Of a stretch of 64,000 bases of DNA, positions 50,041 through 61,968 are shown one piece after another. This DNA is from Patellaria atrata CBS 101060 (taxonomy: Eukaryota), in contig MU006089.1 of assembly GCA_010093705.1 (NCBI GenBank), forward strand, positions 3,250,061 to 3,314,060, in the 5' to 3' direction. A program made the position numbers and the translations under genes. Position 1 is the first letter of the stretch. Each line of letters begins with the position of its first letter. Under the pieces are notes generated by a model, which worked only from the letters and a program-made list of their open reading frames with translations, had not been told where the DNA came from and did not search any database.

Positions 50041-51768
50041 ATGCCTTACAACATTGCGTATGCTCTCCAATACTTCAATTGGAGCTCCCCGTTACTGATG
50101 GGTTATATAGGATGATTAGTGATTTCTTCTTCCCCCAACCGGGTATGTAACTTTGAGTGCTATCCACGCGCGTACGGATGCTGACGATTTGTAGGGGGGG
50201 TTGAAAGTCACATATACCAACTTTCTACAGTATGTCAATCTCATCTCCGTCTGATAGGGGCAATATTAAGAGTTTGGATCTAGAAACTTATAGACCGTGG
50301 CCATAAAGTCATAATCATCACTCATGCGTACTCGGGACGAACAGGCGTTAGGTATCTCACGAATGGCCTTAAGGTGTACCATGTTCCATTCTTCGTCATC
50401 TATCGCGAGACCACCTTTCCAACCGTCTTCTCTTTCTTTCCGATATTCCGAAACATTATAATACGGGAGCAAATAGAGATCGTTCATGGACACGCAAGTT
50501 TAAGTAGCTTGTGCCATGAAGCAATACTTCATGCTCGGACGATGGGACTTCGCACTGTCTTTACCGATCACTCTCTTTTCGGTTTCGCTGATGTAGCGAG
50601 TATTCTAACAAATAAGTTGTTAAAGTTTACATTGAGTGACGTTGATCACGTCATCTGCGTCAGTCACACATGGTATGTATGCTATTCTTCTGAGAAGACC
50701 TTGTACTTATATCTGTACAGCAAAGAAAATACAGTTCTCCGGGCCTCGCTAGATCCCCTGATGGTATCTGTAATTCCAAATGCAGTCGTCGCTGAGAATT
50801 TCAGACCATTGGGCTATCCAAATGTATACCAGGACAGCTCCGTTACATCCCCAATCGACGTACGCCCCCCTCCACCTCAACATTTAGGACCACATGATAC
50901 AATTACGATCGTAGTGATATCTCGATTGTTTTACAATAAGGGTACGGATCTTCTAATTGCAGCAATTCCCCGCATTCTAGCATCGCATCCAAATGTGCGT
51001 TTCATAATTGCTGGTTCTGGACCAAAAGCTATCGATCTGGAGCAGATGTTAGAACGAAACGTTTTGCAAGACAGAGTCGAACTTCTTGGTCCCGTCAGAC
51101 ATGAAGAAGTCCGTGATGTCATGGTACGAGGTCACATCTACCTCCATCCTTCTCTAACAGAAGCTTTTGGTACGGTTATCGTGGAAGCCGCATCTTGTGG
51201 TCTTTATGTTGTTTGCACTCGAGTGGGTGGAATACCGGAAGTTCTCCCCAACCATATGACGGAATTTGCAAAGCCAGAGGAGGACGATATCGTTCTTGCA
51301 ACAGGCCGTGCTATTGCTGCATTACGAGCGAACAAGATCCGTACGGAGCGATTTCACGAGCTGGTACGCTCCATGTACTCTTGGACTGATGTAGCAGAAC
51401 GCACAGAGCGTGTTTACGATGGAATATCGGGCGTGCTAAGTGAAGAAGAATTCTACGGTTACCATGCTCCTGGTGGCTGGAGCGCGACCCGTGGGAGAGC
51501 GGGTGTGCAAAGCTTTGCACTAATCGATCGTTTGAAACGGTATTATGGCTGTGGGATCTGGGCAGGGAAACTCTTCTGTCTTTGCGTCATCATCGACTAT
51601 CTACTGTTCGTATTTTTGGAGATCTGGTCACCAAGAGCGAATATTGATATTGCTCGAAACTGGCCTAAGAAAGTGACTGCACCTGCAGTAGAAAAGCTCA
51701 CCTTTGAGACGGAAGTCCCTATTAGAAAGAGGAGTAATAGACAGAGAGAGAAAAATTGGGAATCCTGA
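50041..51768 (+). CDS. GPI3: GPI-GlcNAc transferase catalytic subunit (PIG-A/Gpi3/Spt14)
   Basis: Exons 50041-50057, 50111-50142, 50195-50229, 50284-50672, 50721-51768. MISDFFFPQPGGVESHIYQLS, FTDHSLFGF, KENTVLRA, EAFG…EAASCGL, and a C-terminal TM segment. Confidence 0.96.
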
Positions 51769-52080
51769 AATTATTACAGTCATATTTTCACCAAAGGAAG
51801 TCAAGTGACGATTTATCAGTTTTCCTTTACATTATCATTCTGAGTTTCTACCTGTCATCCGACCATTTTCGGCGGGTCCTAAATTTCCAGCGAAGGTACG
51901 ACAAAAAGTCCAAGGTAATCCGACCTCGGAAGCAACACCCGACGCCCACCAGGAACGCCAGATAAAGAAGATAAAACCGAGCATATCCAGCTCGAGGGAG
52001 AACGAAAAAAGATTCTTCTCCCACTCTATACAGAGGACAGAACACAAAACATGTGATCCCCACCTCGTCAGACTTTAGGT

Positions 52081-52890
52081 TCACGCATCCTCATACAACC
52101 AATACTCAGCGGCATACTCAACCGTAAAATCAGCATTGAGGCCCTCGCACGTCTTCGGCGCCGCACCACCAGCAGTATTGATCCGATAGACCTCCCTAAA
52201 CCTATACGTCTCCCCCTCGGGTGCGTCCCTCATCCCCAGCTTCAACCACGGCACCGCGCCGTTCCCCTCGCCATTCGGCCCCAACGGCGCGTCCTCAGGC
52301 GCCGCAGTCGCATTCAGCTTCTTCAGCGCGCCGACGCCGAACCGGTGAGTCTCGGTGTTCAGATCGAAGTACGGCACGCTGAAGTTGGCGTCGGGGAAGA
52401 AGTGGTGGCCGATCGTCATGATGTCGACCGGCGACGAGGGTGAGCCCCCGGCCGTCGGGATCGCGTATTGCAGCGCCACGCGCGGCATGTAGGCCAGGAG
52501 GTCGGGATATGTGGCGGCGATGCAGGTCGCGTTGTAGAGGACCGCCACGGCGCCGGCGGCTTTGGGCGTCGATTGCGGGGACGAGAGGTCGCAGGTGTAG
52601 TTTTGGGTGCCGCGGCCCACGACGACGTGGGAGAGCACGAGCCCGGCGGAGGGAGGGGGGAGGGGTGTCGGTGCTAGGGTTTGTTAGGAGGGTTGGGTGG
52701 ATGGAGAGGAGGGGAGGGGAGGGGAGGGGAGGGGATGGGTACCTGGTGGCATCGAGGCGGCGGCGACGTTGCATTGGATGTTTTGCAGGTCTCGCACTTT
52801 GAGGAGCTGGTTCCATGTTCGGCTGGGAGAGGGAGCGGCGGATATGCTCGCCGAGAGCGCGAGGAGGAGGGTGCTAGTTGAGAAGAGCAT
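52081..52890 (-). CDS. Secreted DUF3455-family protein
   Basis: Signal peptide MLFSTSTLLLALSASISA; one C-rich intron at about 52674-52743. Motifs GRGTQNYTC, GHHFF, VPWLKL, YRINTAGG, YAAEYWLY. Confidence 0.88.
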
Positions 52891-53674
52891 TTTGACGTTG
52901 TGGTGGTATGGTAGTCCAGAAGGGTATTGGATCGGGTAGTTGAAACAGGCAAACAGACGTCGAGGTCTATTACTATTCTTCCCGGAAAGTAAAATGGGAC
53001 TGAGGATATATCCGCAAGAAAAAGAACCCGAATAGGAAAATCAACAAAAAGAAATTCGTGAGGAGAAAAAAAAAAAGGCTGAGGGGAGATTGTTTATATC
53101 ATCCGCGTTCGACTGATTTCTTGCTCTCCAACGGAACGGTAACAGGAAAATGTACGGGATGCAAGGTAAGCGTAGGGTAAATGGATTGCAGACTCTTTGT
53201 TTTTCGTTTTCTACCGGAAATTCAAAACAGAAAAGGTACGGGAGGTAGAATTCTGATTCTTATATATAATATAACCGCATTCCATCTGATTATCTTTTTT
53301 TTCGAGAAGGTATCCACTGAAGAAGTGTTCGCCTGTAAGGTGAGGCGCGTAGGCAATCTATTTTCAGACGAGTCGTGTTTGATTGGACGGATGGCGAGCC
53401 GCTTTGATGCGAGTGTGTGGTCCTATTGGTCGAGAGGGGGGGGAGGGGGAAAGGGAAGGGGGAAGGGTCTGGCGCCCTTGGGTACCGGGAAGCCAGAGCC
53501 CGTTTTTCTTGGAATGGTAGTATGAGGTACGCGGATATATTCTATGTATGGATGGAGGTTTGGTTATCTGGAAGTGTACGTGGGGAGTGGTTGTTGGGGT
53601 TTCTTGGGGATGATGGATGTGCTGCTGGGAGAGAATCTGAGAGAGCCGGTGTCGAGAACTCTTTCATGCGGCCT

Positions 53675-53705
53675 CTGTTCTGTACTGTACTGTACTGTAC
53701 TGTAC
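53675..53705. repeat. (CTGTA)n microsatellite
   Basis: ctgtt followed by five ctgta units. Confidence 0.9.
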
Positions 53706-55009
53706 GACAACGTGTATCCACCTTGAAGAGGACCAGAGCATTTTGTACAGTACTGTAGCACTCGAACCAGTATTTCTCCTCCGCATTAACGCAGAGATGG
53801 TACGGTACAGTACAACAGGACCACGCCCATCCCCCAATCCCCCAGAACCTACCATTTCTACTGAACAACCCGCAGAGCCGCCCGTACGACCATCAAGCAA
53901 AGCTTGCGTAATTCCACGACAGCACCTGGGCGCAGGTCATACCACAACCAAGGTCTCCACCATGGCCGACACAAATCCATACAGATAGCTGAAGGTAGTG
54001 CTATCCTTCAACACCACCACCCAAACCGCGGACCATTTCAAGTTAGCGCACCCGATCCACTTAGTCCAGCCGCAAATCCGCCAAGCGTCTCCCCAGTCCG
54101 TTTTAACGTGCGGACCAACAAGAGCGACCGGTTGTTTTTGGACCAGGGCGCTTGCGGGGTGGCGATTGGCCGGGCGGTTACAGGATTAAGAGAGACCCCA
54201 TCGAAGAATTCGAAGGGATATATTCTTTTGCTTTTCTACAGTTTACCTTGCAGTTTGGTAGAAGGACGTTTCATGCAAAGCTCCTGCGTGGTCCTTCATA
54301 GGCCGATACGGATTCTGGCAAGATCGGATACCGGCTCCGAGGCGCCCTTGGAGAGACTTTGGTTGCATGGGTATTCTCTTAACCCTTTTGCATGGGACTG
54401 ACTTGAGCCGGTTGACAGGATGGTAAGGCGTTAGGGTTCTGGTTCGAAGAGGTAGCTTGGGGCGTCTGTGGTGGGCTTTGTTTCTTGTTTCCTCGGAGCT
54501 TGTTTCGTTTCTTTGGTGGCTTTGATTTGAAGGTTGGGGGCTGGGGAGTGTAAACGCGCTTGGATTGTTCGACATGACGTTATTGTCTATAGGAAGAATT
54601 GAGAAACGGATGGTGGTCGGTTTGGCTGTATGCTGTGCCTTGTACGGAGGAAGGGGAGGAATTGCTTTGACACGAGACTTTGACACGAGACCTGTAGATG
54701 TCTCGTTAGAAGTCTAGTCCTGCAAGAGTGCTGTGCCGTGATGTCCAAAACCTTTTTGTTCACCGATAACTTGTCACTGTAGACGATGGAGTCAATTTGA
54801 ATCATATGAGAGGCTTTGACAGCGTGGAATGCACATGAGCGTTCAGAAACCTTCCAGAAAACGATATCGCCGAAAGAGGCAAGGATGAACCGTCCCCGTA
54901 TGGTCTGTATTCGGCGCCAAAATGAACCCTCCACTGCCTTATGACACTCCACAAAATATCTTAAAGTTAATAATACAATCCCTACATCACCTTAAATCTC
55001 CATCAAAGA

Positions 55010-57420
55010 TCACCCACCCTCCTGCAATCCCTCTGGATGCCAATCGGCTGCATGATCGTTATCCATGCCCGCAATAGGTGCTCCAGCCGCCGCAGCGCCC
55101 ACCAGCGCGCTGTCTGCCATTCTGCTCGTGCCACTGCCGATACCCATTGAGTATAACATGCCGAAGACCAGCAGATGCAATGCTAGACAGTACATCGCGA
55201 AGAGATTTCTGCTCGTCCGCGTCGCGAGGACCAGCCGCGTGATTTGAAGGATCACGCGTTCGGGGAAGCTCATACGCTTGAATGCTCGTGCCGACTCCCG
55301 TCCTCTAAACGCCGCGAAGGGAGATATGTTCTGCTCGTATGCCGAACGGTATCTGGATGACGTATCGTCCACATTGATCGTGGACGGGTTTGGGTTCGAC
55401 GAGTATGCAGATGCTGAGGCTCCTCCTCTGTTGTAGGTAGATACATATCGTGTCTTCTCATACAAGTTGAGGTTGTCCTTTTGCAATGCTGCAATCTCAG
55501 ACCTCAGTGCGGAAACATTTTGGTGTGCTTTCGCTAATTCCGCTTCTAACTCACTATTCTTCTTCTTGAATCTGTCCCTCTGTGCTGTTATCATAGGTAG
55601 GATACCTGATCCACCACCCACAGGCTCACCGGCTCGGATGGCGGTCAAGGTATCCTGGGAACCACCATCAAACCCAGATATGATGGATGAAGTTGGAGAA
55701 GACCGCCCTCGTCTTCCACCATATGAGGATTGCGGATATCTGGACGCGTATGTCCCTGCTACAGACATTGCAGATGACGGAAACGTATTGGCAGCTTCTT
55801 GTTGTACCTTAGAAAGGTCATTTTCAAGTGTTGCGGTAAGATTCCTGGATTTCTCTAGCTCCATGTTTGTGTTCGACAAATCCTCTTGTAGAGCTTCTAG
55901 GCGACTCTGCAGGTCTTGGTGAGATACGCGTAGCACAGTCAACTCATTGTTGAGTTTTTTGTTTCGAGCAAGGAGGAGTTGTTCTAAGGTCTCACCCTTG
56001 CGCTTTCCGTCCTGTTGGGGATTACTTGGATCGTGTGCTTTCTCAACGTCGCCATTATCTAGCTCGTCATCGTCTCCTGTCGCGAATTCAATTGCCTAAT
56101 GCACAAGTCAATACCAGTCCAAAAATTCCAGGGTATACTTCTACTTACCTTCAAGACCTCCAATTCTTGTTTCACACTTTCGTAATCTCCCCATTTATGG
56201 ACCTTTTCCTTGAGCGAGTCCCTGTCACTCTTCAACGCGGAGACTTCCCGCTCGAGGGTCCGTAAATCAGATTCCAGTTTTCGTTTTTCGGAATCTTTAC
56301 CCAAGCGCGCGTTGTCCAGACGTCGAAGTAAGGATGAATTTTCTGACTGTAAGCGGAGGAATGCGGGATCGTCTTCTAATTTGGTACGGCCTTGTGCGTT
56401 ATTTGAAGCAGAGTGTGCGATTTCAAGCCGTAATTGCTCATTCCTGGCCTCGACTTCTGCTAGCCTTGTGTTTGCTCGGTCCAACTCAGAACTGACAATT
56501 TCAAGTTCAGCGGCAGTTGCACCTCCATGAGCTGCGCTAGCGTCACTCTCATCTCCCTTTCCGAGTCGTTGAGAAACTTCATAGCTGGCTTTTATTTCCT
56601 TCAGAAGTCGTTCCTGGTTATCAACTTTATCTTCCAAGCTCTTCTCCTTAGCTTCCCAATTTTCCTGTTTTTCGCTCAATACAGCTGACCACGTGGATTC
56701 GATGTCCTTAATTTTTAAATCCCTTGTTTGCTCCAATTCCTGCCGTGTAGATCGCTCACGATCAAGCTGTTTCTCGGTCTCTTCTAATTGAGTTGTGAGA
56801 CTAACCACCGAGTTTTGCAGGCGCTGGTTCTCTTCTTCAATCTTAGGTACCGTCTCTTGCGCTGTGACTAGGGATTCAATGGAGGCTTCGAGTAAGGGGT
56901 AGGGATCGGGAGCTTCGGACAATGGCGAATAAACTTGGAAAAAGGCGGATGATATGGATTTGGATTGATTTGTGAGAAGGTCAATATATGTTTGATATGC
57001 TATAGAAACGTTAGCTCCTTAGTATACGATGTTTCCTTATAGAGGAGCTCACACTTAAGCAACGCCTTGAATTCCGTCAGCTTGCTCGCATCATCCAGCT
57101 TTCTGAAATCCTTGGTTTTTTGAGCGAGATCCTTTCTTTGCGTCAAGGCATCCCGTTGATGGGAAGCTAGATCGGAAGCAGCGCTATCGAGAGTAGGTAT
57201 TAAGGAGGTGAGATCGATATCTGAGGCCGTTCATATTAGCGCATGGTGTTGGTATATATTATCATAGATACAACTGACTTCTCCACGCAGCTATTGCGAT
57301 CTGAAATTTGTTATCCTCCTTAGTAGTATCTTCACCTGTCTCCGTGGCCTCTCCATTCGGGGGTCTCGTCTCGTCGTCAAGGGAGGGTCTCCCTTCACTT
57401 GATGGTGGGGATAACTCCAT
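55010..57420 (-). CDS. COY1: Golgin CASP/Coy1
   Basis: Four exons from ATG 57420. RKDLAQKTKDFRKL, YQTYIDLL, EAPDPYPLLE, long coiled coil, ITAQRDRFK, DNLNLYEKTRY, and a C-terminal TM with YCLALHLLVF. Confidence 0.93.
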
Positions 57421-57674
57421 TGCTTGTATATACCAATTTTTCCTAAGAATCGGTGCCTCTAATTCTCCTCATAACAACGAAATCTGCCGTTGTGGTAGTG
57501 AATTACGCGGTTGCTGGCTTGTAGCTGGGTTTGAAGGTTTGTTCCAACACGCGGCCGGAAGCAACTGACGAAGCCACTCTACGAACCTCTAACGTCAAAA
57601 CACAACGCCTCAACAAATCCATGGAGTACTCTACGTCAGACCCGTAACAATGGAAACCGAGGAATTCATTCAAG

Positions 57675-60600
57675 ATGAACCCTTCATCAGGCGCAGAAAG
57701 CTCCCAAAAAGCTGCAGCAGAGCTATCCCAGAGTGGTTCTTATATCCTTCGCAGTCTAGTTGAAGATGTCCCGCTTTCAGCAGATGGGCAAGCAACGGAT
57801 GTTAGAATCACTTGTGTAGAACTCTGGAGTAAGCATGGAGAACCCTCTTAGATTAAATTCTCCGCGTTAGACAATATCATGCTAATTTATTGGAACCTCA
57901 GATGAGAACCTATACATCGGTACCTCCGGTGCCGAGATCTTACATTTCGTCCTCATACCACCAGATCCAAACGATCCATTGAGTCAACCTACTTTCATAT
58001 TCGCCTCTAGACTACAACCGGAATCTACGGCCTCCTCTTCCGCTGGTATCCAACAGATATTACTGCTCCCGAGCGTTCTCAAAGTTTGCATCCTCTGCAA
58101 TGGAAGCCTTACGTTTTACACGCTCCCCGAGCTCAGCCCAGCCTGGGCAAAGAATAATCCACTCCCATGTACTTGGATCGGAGGAGTTGACCAGAATTTG
58201 GAACTCGAAGAGGAATCTCCAGACGAGGGTGTGGTGATTATGATGTGCCTCAGGAACCGCATCAGATTAGTGAGAATAGGAGATGACGCCAGGAAAGTTA
58301 GAGACATTGAATTTAGAGGATGTCTTAATGTTACCAGACGGGAAGACTTTGCCTGCGTTGCGGATGCTCACTCCTATGCGCTTCTGGATGTGGTGCACCA
58401 GCAGAAGATCCCTTTGATAGCAATATCATCGCTGGATGAGGAAGCTTTAGCCTCAATTGGAGGAGGTGCTCAAGATCTCTCACCATCTACGCAAACACAC
58501 ACAAGAAGCGTTTCCTCCACTGCAGATCCGCCGGGAGGACGAGATCGGGGGCATACTCGCAGCACTAGTCTTGGCATCTTTGCGAGTGGGATGGAAGCCC
58601 TACGCGGGGAATCCCCAAGACCAGCTGCTTCGCGCTATGGCTTTGATACTCCTAGTAGATTCAATAGACTTCGATCCCCTGAACCGTCTAGATCACCGAA
58701 TAGACAACGAGAGAGGTCCGTTAGTCCAGCTGTAAGAGGTACATCACCCGAGAAACCTCTACCGGCCCCTCCACCACCAGAATCCAGTTCGCAGGAGATA
58801 TATTCAGAAATGACTATCACGAAGCGTTTCATACCGTTGAAGCCACACATCGTGTCTCCGACACCTACCGAGTTCCTTCTGACGACCGGCACCTCTCCCT
58901 CTGACCCGGGAATCGGCATGTTTGTAAACCTTGATGGGGAGATTGTGAGGGCACCTTTAGAATTCAGCAGGTACCCTGAGGCGATTGTCATAGATGGAGA
59001 GGGAATAGATCCGTCTACGTCTAATAGTCCTGGTATGACGCCCGATGAAGGATATGTACTTGCCGTTATGCAGCGTCAGGTGGATGATGCCACACAGAGC
59101 GGTGTAGAAATTCAAAGATGGGATCTCGAATCAGGGGAAGATTCTTCGAAGGAGTGGTTGAATCTAGACGTATTAGGACCCACTAAAATTGATGAAGAAT
59201 CTGCAAAATCAGCTCCCGTTTCACTAGGTATTCGGACCATTATATCTCGCAGTGAGGTCGCTGTGCCAGAAGTGGGAGAGAAACTTGCGAAAAAGCGAAT
59301 TAATGTACGATCGAAGACTGAGCTATCTGCGGGACAAGAAGGACGACGTAAAGTAAGAGAAAAGGAGGAATTTGATTTTACATCCCGCTTGTGCAAACTC
59401 CAGACTCGTATAGTGTTATGGGCGAATGGGAAACTTTTCTGGGTCGTCAGAAACCCTTTAGTTGTCCGCCTTGACGCAAAGTTGAATCTGGCACAATCCG
59501 AGAAGAAATCTTCTATCCAGCCCATTCGACAACAAGTCCAAGCTGTGCTTAACGAGATCAGAGGTCAAGAATCGCAAAATGAAACAGATTTCTTTACTCT
59601 CAGATACATTCGGCAGAAAGCATCTATCCTCTTGTTCATCGATCTTGTACTACGGACGTCCTCAAACATTATCATTTTTGAGAACGAGAAACGCGCTACG
59701 GAGCAAGCCTTGACAGAGGGCGAAGTTGATCCGCGTATTGTTCTCTCTCTGGTTCCTACCCTAAATGAAGAAGTTGTTGAAGGTAAAGATGGAATATGGG
59801 TCCCCGGTGGACTTAAGGATCTCCTCGAAACTTTTCAGAGTCAGAACGAGTTAACGAATATAACCCTCGATGCTACAGGGCCCTTCGGTGATAATATCCT
59901 CCAACTCATAAGACAATTTCTCCTGTCCTGGAGAGGTAAGAAGGGATTTGGTAGCATCGAAGATGAACAAGAGGTCTTCCAGACGGTCGACGCCGCACTG
60001 CTTCGTGTGCTACTCATGTTGGACAGCGGAGCAGTTGCAAGTCCCATACGCGGGGAATTGAACAATCTCATGCAAGATGGTGTTGACTGTTTTGATCGCG
60101 CAGTACAGATTCTCGAAGAGTCTAAGCGCCTCTACCTACTGAGCCGATTATACCACAGTCGGAAGATGTCAGCAAAAGTTCTCGAGACATGGAGACGCAT
60201 GTTAGAAGGCGAACCCGACAGTGAATTCAAGGACGGAGAATTGACAGTACGGAAGTATTTAAGCAAGATCCGCGACGCTGCCTTGGTCGAGCAGTACGGT
60301 GCCTGGCTCGCAAACCGCAACCCAGAGCTGGGAGTCCAGGTATTTGCAGACGATAGCAGTAAAGTTAAATTCCAACCTGCTCAGGCGGTCGCATTGCTCA
60401 AGGAGAATGCACCCGGAGCAGTGAAAGAATACCTCGAGCACTTGGTCTTCGATAAAAAGGTAACCAGTTCACTTTTCTTCAAATATCGTTCACACCAAAA
60501 TCGCAACCCCCCTAAACATCCCAAATACACAAAACACTGACCTCCCATCCCAGCTACCTCAATACACCAACGACCTCATAACCTTCTACCTCACCACCGT

Positions 60601-61300
60601 CCTCGACGAGCTCTCCTCCCCCGACTCCCCCGCCAAATCCATCCTCTCCCAAACCTACTCCACCTACCGCGCCCTCCGTCCCCCAAAACCCACATACCGC
60701 CAATTCATAACCGACAACGCGCTCCCGGCCCCCTGGTGGCAAAGCCGGCTCCGGCTCCTCCACCTCCTCAGCACCCCCTCAACGCCCTACGACCTCCCCT
60801 CAATCCTCTCCCGCATCCATCCCCACGCCGACGACCTCGTGCCCGAAACGATAATCCTCGCTGGCCGTCAGGGAAAACACGAAGAGAGTCTGCGGCTTCT
60901 GGTCCATGGGCTCGGGGACTTTGATACCGCGGTCCAGTACTGCCTCCATGCTGGGCCGCCTTCGTCTCAGACTTCCCCATCACAAACCCAAACATCAGCC
61001 CTCTTCACACACCTCCTCCACCTCCTCCTCCACCTCCCCGACCTCACCGACCGCCTCGACCAGACGTCCTCCCTCCTCCGCCGCTTTGGCCCCTGCTTCA
61101 ACGTTGAAGAAGTTCTCGCCCTGGTGCCGGATACTTGGTCCGTCAACTTGCTTGCTGGGTTCTTGTCGGGTGCCTTGGCGAGACTGGTCAGGGAGAGGAA
61201 TGAGAGTACGCTCGCGAGGAGGTTGGGGGCAGGCGCGAATTTGAGAGTTGCGGGTGTTTTGGGGGAGAGGAAGGGGAGGGGTGGGGTTGTGGAGGGTTGA
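57675..61300 (+). CDS. CNH/clathrin-repeat tethering subunit, Vps3/TGFBRAP1-like (CORVET)
   Basis: Exons 57675-57828, 57902-60459, 60554-61300. ITCVELWNENLYIGTS, EFLLTTG…GMFVNLDG, EYLEHLV, HEESLRLLVHGLGDFDTAVQYC, LVPDTWSV. The true start is uncertain (see findings). Confidence 0.85.
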
Positions 61301-61968
61301 TCAAGGGGAGAGGATGGATAGGGGGGAGTGGGGATCGTGGGGTTGCTGATTTCGCTTGTGGAGGGTTTATTCGGGCTGAGTTAACATGTCAGCCGTGTGT
61401 ATGTAAGAGTGTATAGTACCTACATCCCCCATACATGTTTTCATCGATATCACCGCCTCCAACTCCCAAATCTCATCCGTTCCGTTCTGTTCCGTTCGAA
61501 AAATTACATCACAACCGCGACAGCGGTGATGACTTTACTCTAGCGATTGCAACCACGTAATGTGGTGTGGCATAGCGCATATACAATACAGCGCTCTTTC
61601 ACCCATCCATCCTTCCCATCCAACCCTGTTTAAAGGAGCGGAAATACCGGAATCCCACACGCTGTCTCTCCCTCGGCGTTGCGATACATGATAGAAAAGA
61701 CATATCTATTTCCAATTCCCTTCCATACGCGCAGGAATATCCCCAAGCAAACATGCGCACCACCTCTTGTACGATATACACAACCCATCCTAACCAATAG
61801 ACTCGACTCCACCCTCCCAAACCCGAAGTCAAAGCCGGCCGAAGCGCACCATCCATCCCGCTTAAATGCCTAGCCAAGAAAGAAATACCAAACAATGAAA
61901 CAATAAACGCTTCCGGCAAACATCCCTCCCCAACCTAACCCTCGAAAACTGTCAAACAACAAATCCCG

